Positions 32,866 through 48,784 of a stretch of 64,000 bases of DNA are shown here, in pieces. Below the pieces are notes generated by a model. That model saw only the letters and a list, made by a program, of their open reading frames with translations. It was not told where the DNA came from and did no database searches. Source of the DNA: the human T2T-CHM13v2.0 reference genome, Homo sapiens; NCBI RefSeq assembly GCF_009914755.1, contig NC_060942.1; one strand, written 5' to 3'. A program made the translations under genes and the position numbers. Position 1 is the stretch's first letter. Each line of letters opens with the position of its first letter.

Positions 32866-34185
32866 CATTACTTTATGTTTAAACTGAAGAAAATTTCACT
32901 ATTTTATTTCACTATTAAGTTCTTTGAGACCTTAATAAACATTAAGATTGTTAACAAGAGTCCTATAAACTTGAGAACAAAACTTGGATATTAAAGTATA
33001 TAGAATTATTTATACGTGTAATGGAGATAATATGTAACAGTATTAAAGATTCCAGCAGCTGCTATGAAATTAAATGTTGCAAATGTGTGATTTTTGTAAA
33101 AGGACGCATGAAGAGCCATGGTAATCACCAGCCAATAAGTTTTAAATTAAAAAAATTTGTTCTTGAAAGAAAATGCATTTTAAAGAAAACTAAGGGTACC
33201 TGCATGTGCTGCCCAGAGGCCTGAGATCTGGCTTGTATAAAGCCTGCTGCTGTCGCTGCTGGTATCCACATATTCTAGTCAGGGACTTGAGAACTAGCTT
33301 GCCCAGTGCCTCTGTCACCAGCAAAACTGCCCCGCAGCCTCTATAAGCAATTATAACCTAAGCCACTGAGGAACATGCAGACACCCTGACATTAAATATA
33401 GCCAAATAAATCATATGAGACTACACTACCATGCCCATCCAGAACAAAAACTCAAAATACCCTACCTGACACTGTAGATAAATCTACAGTAAAAAGTCTT
33501 CCTCTATGAATGTTATTTCATTAAAGTAGAATAAGTGACTGTTACACCAGATGTGCAGACATCAAGGTAGGGACATAAGAAACATGAAAAAGCAAAGAAA
33601 CATAGTTTCTAAAGGAACACAATAATTCTCTAGTAACAGATGACACAGAAATGGAAATCTATAAAAGGCCTGAAAAATATAAAATGATGATCTGAAGAAA
33701 ACTAAGCTAGACATGAGAGAATACAAGTAGACAATAAAAACGAGTCAGGAAACCAATTCATAATCTGAATAAGAAATAAAACATAGAGATACATATTTTA
33801 AAAAGAACCAAATAGAAATCTTAGATTAAAAAATTCAGTGAAAGAAATAAAAAACATAATCAAGAGCTTTAACAATAGACTAGATAAAGCAGAAGAAAGA
33901 ATTTCTGAACTTGAAGAAAGGTCTTTTGAAATAATCCAGTCAAACAAAAAAATGAATAAAGAAAGTCTATGTGAGATTTGGTGCAGCATTAAGTGAACAA
34001 ATCTTTCCATTTGGAAAGTTACAAAGGTGAAGAGAGGAGAAAAGCCATGCGAAACATATTGAATAAAGTAATAGGTGAAAACTTCCCAAGTCTTGGGAAA
34101 GCTATAGACATCCCAAGACTCAAAGATTCACAAACAGATTAAACCATAAAAGTCATATTAAAGGCATATTGTAGTTAAACTTTCA

Positions 34186-35740
<1,555 letters not shown>

Positions 35741-36244
35741 CCAAGTTTACCGTTGCAGTCTTTGTGCAGTTATGTGGCTTTCTTTGGGAAACTAATCCTT
35801 CTCTCACCCATCAGAATTATTTTTGATTGTAGAATCAGAATCACATTTGTGATAACATTCTCATCATTTAGAAGCCACATGACCCATTCTGATTCATAAT
35901 TCTTGTGTTTGTTTTGTTGACCAAAAAAAAAAAAAAAATCCGAAAAAGCATACTTGCTCTTCCTTCTAACTGCCCTATTCCTTTCTATAATGTGTTCCTG
36001 TGTAATAACAGTATGGGTTACCCTCAGATAAGTGGTATATTGGTATATAATGAGTGAACAGACTAGGAGAATATGTTGACAAGGAATTAGGAAGCAACTA
36101 ACCACAAATTGTTATCAAGAATGTACTATTTTCCCCAATGTGAAAAGAAAACATAAAGAGTGAAAAATAATTTATGATTTCTCATCGATGTCTTCAAGTA
36201 TTGATCATCATTGGTCAGGGATCTAATAATCTAGTAATATGTTA

Positions 36245-36410
36245 AGAGGGATAGCATTGGGAGATATACCTAATGTAAATGACAAGTTCATGGGTGCAGT
36301 ACTCCAACATGGCACATGTATACATATGTAACAAACCTGCACATTGTGCACATGCACCCTCAAACTTAAAGTATAATAATAATAAAAAAAAGAAACTAGA
36401 CCAGAAAAAA
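36245..36410 (+). mobile_element. L1PA4/5-like 3' end with a double A-tail
   Basis: gggatagcattgggagatatacc...cttaaagtataataataataaaaaaaa, then gaaactagaccag and a second A-run. Confidence 0.9.
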
Positions 36411-36580
36411 AAGTAGAAGTCAAAGAGAGAACTATCAAAACTGCAAGAGTAAAATGTCAGGTTACATATACAGGAATACCCATCAGATTATCAGTAGAAA
36501 TCTGAGCAGAAAAATTCCATGCCAGGAGAGAACGAGATGAGATATTTAAAGTGCCAAAAGAGGAAAACAAAACAAAACAA

Positions 36581-37027
36581 TGCTGAAATGTGTTAAGACT
36601 TTGGGGGACTGTTGGGAAGGCTTGATTGGTTTTGAAATGTGAGTACATGAGATTTGGGAGGGGCCAGAGTAGAATGATATGGTTTGGCTGTGTCCCCACC
36701 CAAATCTCATCTTGAATTTCTATGTGTTGTGGGAGGGACCTGGTGGGAGGTAACTGAATCGTGGGGGCAGGTCTTTCCTGTGCTGCTCTCATGATAGCAA
36801 ATAAGTCTCATGAGATATGATGGTATTATAAGGGGGTGTTTCCCTGCACAAGCTCTCTCTTTCCCTGCCTCCATCCACTTAAGATGTGACTTGAACCTCC
36901 TTGCCTTGCACCATGATTGTGAGGCCTCTGCAGCCATGTGGAACTGTAAGTCCATCAAACCTCTTTTTCTGTAAAGTGCCCAGCCTTGGGCATGTCTTTA
37001 TTAGCAGTGTGAAAATGGACTAATACA
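36581..37027 (+). mobile_element. THE1 internal 3' stub plus LTR (36675-37027)
   Basis: tgatatggtttggctgtgtccccacc...ggactaataca, preceded by the THE1-int end. Confidence 0.92.
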
Positions 37028-37253
37028 CTGGCCAAATATAGCATACCACGATTGAATCAAGAAGAAATAGAAAACCTGAACAGTTCGATATCTAGTAATG
37101 AGATTGAATAATGTCTTACAACAAATAAAAGCCCAAGACTAGATGGTTTTACTGCTAAATTTTACCAAACTTATAAGGAAGAACTAACATAAATTATTTT
37201 CAAAGTATCTTAAAATATTAAATAGAATAGATTTCTTTATAATTTATTCCCTA

Positions 37254-37664
<411 letters not shown>

Positions 37665-40069
37665 CTAGCTGAGTCCAACAGCATATCAAAACTATAACAC
37701 CTCATAGTCAAGTGGAATCAATCCCAGAGATGCAAGAATAGTTTAAAATACACAAGTAAATAAACGTGATATATCACATCAGAAGAATAACTGACAAAAA
37801 CTGTATAGTCATCTAAATAGATGCAGAAAAAATCATTTAATAAAATGCAACATCTGTTCCTGATAAAAATTCTAAATGACTCAGGTATTGAAGGAACATA
37901 CCTCAACACAATAAAGATCATATATGACAAACCCACAGCTAACATCATAGTGAAAAGGGAACAGCTGAAAGATTATCCTATTAGAACTAAAACAAGAGAG
38001 AAATGCCCACTTTCCCTGCTGCCATTCAACATATTACTGAGTCCTAGCCAGAGCAATTAGGCAAAAATAAGAAATAAAGGGCATCTAAATTGGAAAAACA
38101 AGAAGTCAAATTGTCTCTTTTTGATGATGATATGATCTCATATATAGAAAAACCTAAAGCATTCACCAAATAACTCTTAGAACTGGTAAATGAATTAAGT
38201 AAAGTTACAGGATACAAAATAAACATAAAATAATTAGTAGTATTTATATATACCAATAACAAACCAATGGAAAAAAAATCAAGAAACTAATCCCATTTAC
38301 AATATCTACCACAAATAAAAACTTAGAAATAAATTTAACCAAGGAGATGAAAGATCTCTAAAATAAAAACTACAAAACACTGATGAAATAAATTGAAAAT
38401 ATAAACAAATGGAAACACAACCCATGCTTATAGATTGAAATAATTAATATCATTAAAATGACCATGCTATTCAAAGCAATCTACAGAGTCAATGCAATCT
38501 TTACTGAAAAGTCAATGACATTTTTCACAGAAATAGAGAAAACAGTCCTAAAATTTGTATGGAGCTACAATAACAATAAAAAACTCCACATAGCCAAAGC
38601 AATACTGATGAAAAAGAACAAGGCTAGAGGCATCACACTATCTGATTTTAAACTATATTATATAGCTATAGTAGCTAAAACAGCATAGTATTCATATAAA
38701 AACAGATATACAGAACAATGAAACAGGTTAGAAAACCCAGAAATAAATCCATGTCTTTACAGCTAACTGATTTTTAACAAAGGACTGGAAATCTATATGC
38801 ATAGTAAATAAACAGATCTGTATCTCTCACCATATAAAAAAATCAACCAAAATGAATTAGACTTAAATTGAAGGCCCAAACTATAAAACTGCTAGAAAAA
38901 ACATGGGGAAAATGCTTCAGCACTTTGGTCTAGGAGAAGATTTTATGGATAAGACTTCAAAAGCACAGACAACCAAGCCAAAAATAGACAAATGAAATTG
39001 TAAACAAACTAAACTAATAATTGTCTGCACAGCAAATGAAACATAATAGAGTTAAGAGACAATTTGTATAATGGGAGAAAATATTTGCAAACTATACATC
39101 TGACAAGGGACTAATATACAGAATATAGAAGAAATTCAAATAACTCAAATATAGAACACCAATTAAAAAGTGGACAAAGCACCTGAACATACATATCTCA
39201 AAGAAAGACATTCGAATAGCCAACAAGTATATGAAAAAACGTTCAGCATCACTGATAATCAAATTAATGTAAATCAAAACTACAAGGAGATATCATTTTA
39301 CCCTAGTTTAATGACTATTATCAAAAATACAACATAACATCTGCTGGTGGGGATGTGGGGAAAAAGGGAATTATTTTACATTGTTGGTGGTAATGTAGAT
39401 TAAATATTCATCAACTGATAAATAAATAAAGAAAATGTGGGATATATACAAAATGGATTACTGTTTAGCCATAAAAAAGAATGCAATCCTGTCATTCACA
39501 GCAGCATGGGTGAGCCTGGAGGACACTAACTTAAGTGAAATAAGTCAGGCACAGGAAGATAAATACCCTATGTTCTCAGTCATATGTGAGATCTATATTA
39601 TTATTGTTACTGTTAGTTTTATTTTTTTAAAAAAATTGAGCTCATGGAAGTACAGAGTAGAACTGTGGTTATTAGATTACATGCTGGGAATAGTAGAGAA
39701 TTAAAAAATATATTATCAAGATGTCTGACATATAAAAGAATCTCAATTTTAAGAATTACTCTTCCTATCCTTTTAACATATTTTGCATCTTTAAATAAAG
39801 TTTAATCGTGTAATAAAATAATTCAGCTTATAAAATACTTTAGAGATTAAAGATTGAGTTAGTGGTTTAGAAGATCAATTTATGAAATTTTACCATTGTT
39901 TAAACTCCTGTAATGTAGAAATTTCTCCATTAAATAATTCTACAATTTTTATATGGCTTATTATAATGGTTTATACCTGACAAAATTAGGTTGAAAATCG
40001 ACAATATAATAATGACATGACCCTTTTTATATTTGTATTGAGCGCTTTTGAACACTTAAACAGTAATCT

Positions 40070-40420
40070 ACAGCACATTCATTCAGCAAGTACTTATTAT
40101 TAAGGGCGTTAAGATTCTCTGAGCACTTGATACACATAAAATTTCATAAGATCAATATAAATACAATAAGATAAAGAATAAAACAGCTTCAGATAATAAA
40201 TAGTAATAAGAAAATAGAACTCAATTATGTATTAGATTATGATGTGGATATGATGGTGGGGAACTGCTTCAATTTGGGTCACTTCAAGGAGGTGACAGTT
40301 GAGTTTAGGAACTATATTATGATTAAAAGCTTAGTAGACCAAGCATTGGAGCATTTGGAAAAATATTCAAGATAGGGATGTAAACGGTTGCTGTAAGACA
40401 ACATGTCTGGAAGGGAACCG
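40070..40420 (-). mobile_element. L2 3' fragment
   Basis: cattcattcagcaagtacttatt and ggaggtgacagttgagtt motifs. Confidence 0.55.
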
Positions 40421-40551
40421 GTGCAGCAGAGATTAAAAAAGGAAAAAATGGATAAAGTTAAGAGAGGTAACAATAAGAAATAAACCACTATTGAGGAATG
40501 ACTAATTTTGCACAAGAAAAGTATATTACTAAATATATATTTGTGTATGTG

Positions 40552-41001
40552 AATATATACACACATATATATATACACATTGTGTGTGTGTATATATACA
40601 CATATATATATACACAGTGTGTGTGTATATATACACATATATATACACAGTGTGTGTGTATATATACACATATATATATACACAGTGTGTGTGTATATAT
40701 ACACATATATATATACACAGTGTGTGTGTATATATACACATATATATATACACAGTGTGTGTGTATATATACACATATATATATACACAGTGTGTGTGTA
40801 TATATACACATATATATATACACAGTGTGTGTGTATATATACACATATATATATACACAGTGTGTGTGTATATATACACATATATATATACACAGTGTGT
40901 GTGTATATATACACATATATATATACACAGTGTGTGTGTATATATATATACACATATATATATTCACACAGTGTGTGTGTGTGTGTATATATATACACAC
41001 A
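40552..41001. repeat. 35-bp minisatellite cacagtgtgtgtgtatatatacacatatatatata, about 12 copies
   Basis: cacag recurs at 40646, 40681, 40716 and so on to 40926 (period 35). Confidence 0.97.
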
Positions 41002-41512
41002 CCCTCATATATGGTTTATCCCCTCAAAAAACTTCATGACAGATAAAGTTTTCAGAGTATAGGTTGGGGGTCAAGATATGATATGTCTATATAGATATAG
41101 ATACATAGATAATGAAATAACATATAATCATATATATGATTAATGCTATTAGGAGGAAAAATACTGGGTATAAACTTTTTAAATTTATGTATACCTATTT
41201 TTAATATAAATTTATTTGACATTTGTTGACAAATTTTTCTATACTCTTATGAAATGATGCCCAGAATTGTACTGTGTCATGAGTTAGTCTTTCATTTTCA
41301 AAAGTAAGCAATCATATTTCAAATTGTAAAGATTATATGAACTCATCATTTATTTAATTTGTAATATATTACATACCATGTTACTGCATATTCAGAAACT
41401 ATCAGCATGCTTTGGTTCAATACTAAATAAATAGCATAAAATTATTCATTTATTTGGTAAGGCAAAATATTAGACCATAAATTTGATTTAGCTCAAAATA
41501 TAAAAGTACTGA

Positions 41513-42033
<521 letters not shown>

Positions 42034-42619
42034 TAAGCAGAATCAAATGGTCATTGGAAGTTAATGTCCTTGTAGACAAAAATTTTGAGTTAATATGAAA
42101 AGAAATTGATAAGTATAAATTATTTGAAAATAAGGTAGGGAGAAATTTTGTGTACAGCCGAAAAGTGTCATTTTGACAAATTAAAATATATTGTTTCTAT
42201 AAATAAAAAAATTAGACTTTTTCAATAATCAGTGCTACATTTAGACAACATAAGAAAATGGACTAAGCTGAATGGCATTTAGGAAATAACTGTAAGTGAT
42301 GTAGACTATATTCACTCTAGTCCCTTGTCTACTTTGCATGCCTATTTACATTTCTATATGACTGGGTCACATAGTTAATAAAAATGTAAACATTGTAGAT
42401 TAGCAATTACTTTAATAACAATTTGTTTTCATAATTTTTATAAATGAAAAATTTATCTAAGCAATGCTTTCTGAAGAAAATGCACTCCCTGTAGATATAT
42501 AGCATATTATGTTTAAGTTATTTTATAATAAGCACACATTTTCATATTTGTATATTGTTTCAGTGTTTCTTGTTTTGTAACTTAAGCTGAAATTTTCAAA
42601 AATAGTATATACAAGATAA

Positions 42620-42800
42620 AAATAGTTGCTACTTATTGTGTGCTTGTGTAAGGAGCCAGTGACTGAGCTACTTATACATTAAATGAATATCCTCAGTTAT
42701 TTTCACCACAATTCTCTGAAGTGAGTTCTAATAACCCTGATTTTCCATGGAAAAAAAACAGAAGCTCAGAGCTGATAAGTTACACAACTGGCCACTATTC
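42620..42800 (-). mobile_element. MIR fragment
   Basis: tcaccacaattctctgaagtgag...gaaaaaaaacagaagctcagag core. Confidence 0.65.
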
Positions 42801-43533
42801 TGGATTCCGGCTCTCTGGTTTTAGGATTACCACATACCATATTCCATTAGATTTTACTGCATATATATACCTACTGGTAAATTCCTTAATTTTATATTTT
42901 CTGTTTGTTTGTTTGTTTACTTAATTTATTATCCTATGACTTGTGAAAAATAAAGTAGAACTCAATGGATCTCATCTCCTATATATTTTTTTCGCCTTTT
43001 CTTTAAAGGTTTTCTTGGACTGGTATATATTGCCAATCACCTAAAACCTAATGATTTTGGTAAATTCAGCAGAGAAAAATGTCAATTTGGATTTTAAATT
43101 AGATTAATCATCAAATTCGGTGTCCATGCACTGAGCACACTTTCTTAGAAATGGTTAATGTATATGGAAAAGAGGTGTCTGAAGTAACGTAGTCTATCAA
43201 GTCAAAATTCCTTATATAAAAATGTATTTGTTGGTTACTATTATATAGTGTTTCAAATATAACCACAAATGTTTTAAAAATAAATATTAACTTCTATCAG
43301 AAACCTTATCATACAGAGACATAAGCACATGAAAAATTAAAACAATGCAGGAAATTACCCTAAAAATACAATATTATTTTATAAGGTTATTCCTGATTAG
43401 ATGTTGAATTTATCATGTAAAATCAAAACATTTGTTCAAAGAGTGTATAATCACTAGAAATTAAAGAGCTATATATAGTTCTTATAAAGCAGGGACAAAT
43501 CTAAATTTGACTTTGAAAATCACATATTGTTTC

Positions 43534-44035
43534 TGTATCAATCAGGGTTACAGTAAGAAGCAAAATGTTTAGTTGGGTTTAAAGAGAACCCAATAAAGTT
43601 GGGATTTTCAGTGCCATGGACAAAGATAGGAGAATCTACAAGCAATGGTGAAGTGCTCTGGATTCACAACAGTCAAGGGTCATTATCATTTTTAGGCCTT
43701 AAGAGGCCAGGGAAGGGTATGCTCACTGGATTCCAGGGAGAGCTGTAGCCATGGGTGAGGGTTTCTCCTATAGGAGCTGTGCCTAAGATGAAGAAAGCGA
43801 GCAATTGCCAAACTACAAAACCACAGGAAAGAAGCAAGAGGAAGTAGTAGCCCACTCCTCTACCTACTTTTCCCACTGCCTTCTTAACTGTAGCAGTGTT
43901 TCCTGTTGACTAAACACACCTGGAAGTCAGAGGACAGAAAAGCTCGTACAACACTATACTCTTGTGAATCCTGCATGGCAAGATTCAGGGTAAAGAAGGG
44001 AAGAGAATAAATAAGACGGGGACAAATAATCCAGC
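43534..44035. mobile_element. Old ERVL/MaLR-type LTR relic
   Basis: Starts tgtatcaatcagggtt; tcctgttgactaaacacacctggaagtcagagg motif. Confidence 0.45.
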
Positions 44036-44781
44036 CAATTGTTATGGTCAGAGAGGACCAAAATGTTATTCCCAACCTAGGGGTTAGGAGTTATAAGATC
44101 ACAAGCATAGAAATAGAAAATTGTCATGATTCATCCAAGGAATGTGAATAGCTGAGATAGAGATTATAGAGACTATAAAAAACAGAATGCAGAATACAGG
44201 GGTATAGTGCGATGGTAAAGAGGAACTAGAGTATCATCAGAAATTACCCATCATTATGAATTAAGCAAAAAAACTTGATTCAAAATACTCAGTGTTAAAT
44301 GTAGATAAGTACAGGTTATGGTTGACTTGCCTGTGCATTCCCATCCACTTTGCTTTTCTATCTATCTTTCTTTCTTTTTTTAATACACTCAATCACAATG
44401 CTTTCTGCTCCTGGCCAGGTGTTGTTACTCTTCAACTTCGGTTATAATAGTCATTTTTCCTCTCTTCCTGCTTTTTAGGTCTCTAGCCTGCAATGATTTT
44501 TCTGAGCTTCAATTGCACTCATAGTGAGAACCACACAATTTAGTACTGGTTGATTTCTAACTGTGCTTAATGTTCATCTTACTTTATTTCCAGATTGAAA
44601 GGAAAGACATAATTTTCCTCTTATGTTTTTATATGCCCTTTACTAATAGCACAAAGTAGAATTCAATCAGCATGATATAGTTAACTATATATTGTTAGAA
44701 AATTATATATATTTAAATTAATTTTGCTCTTAATTTAATATAACCAAGGGAATAATCTGATGCTAAACTAGATTGTGCAGT

Positions 44782-45780
44782 TGTATCAATCAGAGTCCTG
44801 GCAAGGAACATAATTCAACTCAACACAGGGTTTTCTGAGGACAGCAGAGATTAGAAATTTCAGGAAGTGATTACCATGACTAGGCATAAAGTGGCAAGAG
44901 AAGAATCCATGTAAGGGCTGAAGGCTCAGGAGATAAGAAGGTCCTACCAGCAATCCTCTAGGCTGTCAATTGAAACAACAACTCTAAGAATCTAAGTGTC
45001 AGAGGTATCCAAACCAGAGGGACTTCATCTTGAATAAAAGCCAAATAAACAAAGCCTGCTGGGTTATATTCCCAAGGAAGTTAAACACTTTTAGGCACAA
45101 GATGTTTATGGTTGAGGGGAAGAGTTAATGACACTTACTAAATAAGACCCAGAACTTAAGAAAATGTTCTGATGTCTTAAGAACAAAAAAACACTCTTAG
45201 TTTAAGAATAGTTTTTGCTTTAAAGATAATAGTATATCCATAAATTCTTGCTGAAATCAGTAGCTACTCAAGAGAATAATACTAATAGCCTGTCACAGAC
45301 TGATCAAAAGCCTTTTTAATAAAGCATATAAGACCATTATTCATAGTTCTGTTATCCTATATAAGCAAGCATTGTATTTGAAGTGGGCTCATTCTTCCTC
45401 TTGCTTCCTGAGGACTCCCTGTAATAGTGTACTACTCTGCAATAGAGGAGTCTTTAATAAACCTGCCTCTTTCACTGTGCTTTGTGACTTGTCCTGAATT
45501 ATTTCCCTCATGATATCAAAGAACCCACCCTTAGGGTCTGGGATGAGACCACGTTCCGGTAAAGAAGTGTCTGAGACTAGGACACAGAAAAGAAATAGCC
45601 CAAAAACTCTTTCCTTCTACCCACATAGCTCCTGCTTGTGTCTCCCATTGGTTGAACCCAAGCAGAAACCAGGGGAAAGAGACCCCTAGGGATGCAGCCC
45701 CCAGGAGTTTAGCCTATAGGACATAGGGCAGAGCAAAAAAGAACAGAGGGAAGTAGTCCAATGCAGAATAACTAGCACTG
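44782..45780. mobile_element. Old ERVL-type LTR relic, host of MER41
   Basis: Starts tgtatcaatcagagtcctggc; ctcccattggttgaacccaagcagaaaccagg motif. Confidence 0.5.
44997..45563 (+). mobile_element. MER41-family ERV1 solo LTR
   Basis: Starts tgtcagagg..aaccagag..catcttgaata and ends gggtctgg..gacc..ttccggtaa. TSD taag/gaag. Confidence 0.85.
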
Positions 45781-47092
45781 TGGGAACTGACAACCAACTT
45801 ATTTTGTAGAATCAGAAACACTTTCTACTGTCTTTTCTTTCCTGAAAGACACTCACAACTGCAAAGTGATTACAACTCTTTTCCCTAGAAAATCAGTTAC
45901 AGGTAAAATCTACTTTCAACATGTCTAGGTTTCTGTTTTACAGTAACATCTTAACAAAGGAAACACTATGACTTCTATAGATGGAATATCTTAAGGAATA
46001 AGCTAACTCTGGACAGGTTCAGATAAGAGCTAACGTGTATTTTGCACTTTAGTTTAGTTTGAAAGTATTGTCAACCATGAGTGGTTGACCACTCACATAA
46101 CTTTTGAATAGAAATAGTCCAGCCCAGGTAGAGCCACATCTTGTAGCACCCTTTCTAGCCATGGTCAACTGGATGAGGAATGAAGAGCTGATGTAAAACC
46201 TGCAAATCATAGGCTGATCAATGATTTATGCCCTAAGCCCTAGAAAAAAATGATGAGCTGAAATAAATAAATCTGAAGTGTGTAATTAAGTCATACAAAA
46301 GGTAAACACCTTAAATGAAACTCATGTACCCTTGCCTACTGCAATTTCTGCTTTTCCTGAGGCTCTTCTCTACTTCCATTCCTACTTGTCTTATTCAATC
46401 ATGTTTTTCTTTTTTTAATTCTTCTAGATTCGAGCTTGTTCTAAATTCTGGGATTCATGCAAATATGTATCCTAACAATAAGCAGCCCATTACTTGACTT
46501 AGTAGAGAATAGGGTCCTTGCAAACTAAAGAATTAAACCAAAAAAGAATCCAGAGAACCCACATTGAATATAGAGCAAGGGAAATGGTTGCCTAGTCAGG
46601 CATGGCTATTGTAAATGGCATGACCTGCACCTGAAGCCATTTCCAGAAGAAATATATTCAAACAAGCAACCAACACCCCAACAAAACCATCTACACAATT
46701 CCTTATCCTTCAACTGCAGCTTATCCAATTCCTTTCAATTTTTCCAGTCAGTGATTGCTCTAAGTTTCCACCCTCAATGGATTCCCTCAAAGAGGTACAT
46801 TCATGTCCATCAGTTCAGCATGGAGCAAGAACAATGAAAGATACACGACAGTGAGAAATATCTGTGAAATAGATTCAAAACATCAAAATGGTCGATCGGA
46901 AACTGTTCTCTATGCTTTAGTTGGCTAAATTTTCTGGCTAGTTATTTTATGAGGGGAAAATTAAATTTCTTTTAAGTCAGAACATCACTTATGATACAGT
47001 TCTCTTTTGAGAACATGAATTGAGTTCTTATAAACTAAGCATTTCGTCTTGATAACATTCTGCATAAAATGACCATTTCAGATATTGTTTTA

Positions 47093-47330
47093 GATCAGCA
47101 TTTCCCGAAGTTCATTTGGCAGAACTTATTCAGAGAGATGTAATTAGTGCTGTGTGAAACAGGCAGCCTGTAAAGAAATTTTAGAAATTGCTGGGTCCTC
47201 CAAGTTGCTGATCTGCACTGTAGATCTCTAAAAAGGGTAATATACCAAAATAATTTGGCCAAGAACTTATTTTTCCCCTGAGTATTTCTAGGGACTAATA
47301 TTCGATATGTTATACACCTTTAAAAAGTTT
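47093..47330. mobile_element. Possible hAT-Charlie MER relic
   Basis: tagatcagcatttcccgaag...tttagaaattgctggg resembles hAT MITE termini. Confidence 0.35.
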
Positions 47331-48784
47331 ATTCAAATGACTATTTACTCAGTGTCTTCCTGAATATCATAATCAATTTCTGATACACAGAATGAGTAAA
47401 ATAGAAAAAAATACATTTATTATAAGATTCTTGTTTTAAAAGAACTCATTTCTATCTGGATGTATGACAGATATTTTTAATTTAAATCTGCATTTCTGTC
47501 TTCATGGTGGATTTTTTTTTACTATACAATAGTATTTGTTAATTATTAATGTCTCCAAATTTCCATTTGAGAGTGGATAGTTATACATTTCATATACCTA
47601 TAGAGAAATACATATATGTGTGTGTATACATGGGTGTGCATATATATATATTCTCTATATATATTCAAATAATTACATGTTAAGATATTTCAATGTTTTA
47701 GTGTTTAAAATAAACATGTTTTTTCTCTTTTCATTAATTTAAATATTCAGTTTGATCAGACAATATAATTAATGAGGATAAATTTTTCTGATCCTGAATT
47801 CCCAGTTTCTTAGCAACCTCTCAATGAAAGACTCTTTGGATATCCACTGAGATGTACATCAATAGCTTAAGTTTTCTTAAAATTAAGAACTGAGAATGCA
47901 TGATAAATGTTATTAAAATGTCTTTTACAATGTAATGATTATAGCACAAGCAAATCTTTTGTTATAAAGGGAAGCTAACTTTCCTGAAATTAATTTTTTT
48001 CTGATCCAGGGATGCTTCACTTTTGACTAAGGCAAATATAAATGCTTTTGAAAAACATTTGAGATTTCTCCTATATCCTTTATAATTGCCTGTCTTTGCT
48101 ATACTCTTAAGAGTAAAAAACTTAAATACCCAATCCTGAGGACCCAACTTCTTAGACTTTGCCTACCTTTACGTTGAGGAACTAGTATAACACTAGATTA
48201 AAAATAGTTTGTTGGTTAAAATATTTAAAAATTATCAGTGGGGAAAAATAAATCACTTATTTTTACTTAGGTCCTCCAAAGGTAAAGATAATTAATACAG
48301 AGTTTACAAAGGTGACAAAATGTGACTATGAATTTCCAAATATCAGAAAAATAGGAAGGGGAAAGTGAGAAAAAAACACCTAAGATATAGCTTCTTGATT
48401 TCATTTTAATGTGTGCTAGAATTTTACTGCTAACTGGTGAATGGTAAGTATATTTTCAACCTGGGCAGAGTACACTGGCTTAATGAGACTGATAACCCAG
48501 TTTCTTTGTGTATTTCCAGAAAATTTTAAGAAACATAGAAATGACTCTTTACATCACCAAATTGCCAGTTCTAAGAAAGCACTTGTTCTTCTGGTACTGT
48601 TACTCTGACTAGGAATTGAGTAGTTGGTTATTACGTCCATCTGCTCATCCCCAAAATATCATCCTTGAATTTGCAAAACCACAATGATGTTTTTAAAAAT
48701 GAAAAACCTTCATAGAACAGTATGTTGAAAATGACTATTTCCCCCAATAGCTGTTCTTCCCCCCCTTTTTTTTTCTGAAATTCT

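Noticed and set aside
40552-41001. CRISPR-like array (35-bp periodicity)
   Set aside because: Head-to-tail repeats with no unique spacers, no cas genes, and eukaryotic context.
40312-41062. Long ORFs (116-228 aa) on both strands
   Set aside because: Artefact of the stop-free TG/TA/CA minisatellite.
44997-45563. MER41 as an interferon-inducible STAT1 enhancer
   Set aside because: I found only TTC-N5-GAA spacings (e.g. ttcccaaggaa) and no canonical TTC-N3-GAA GAS site by eye.
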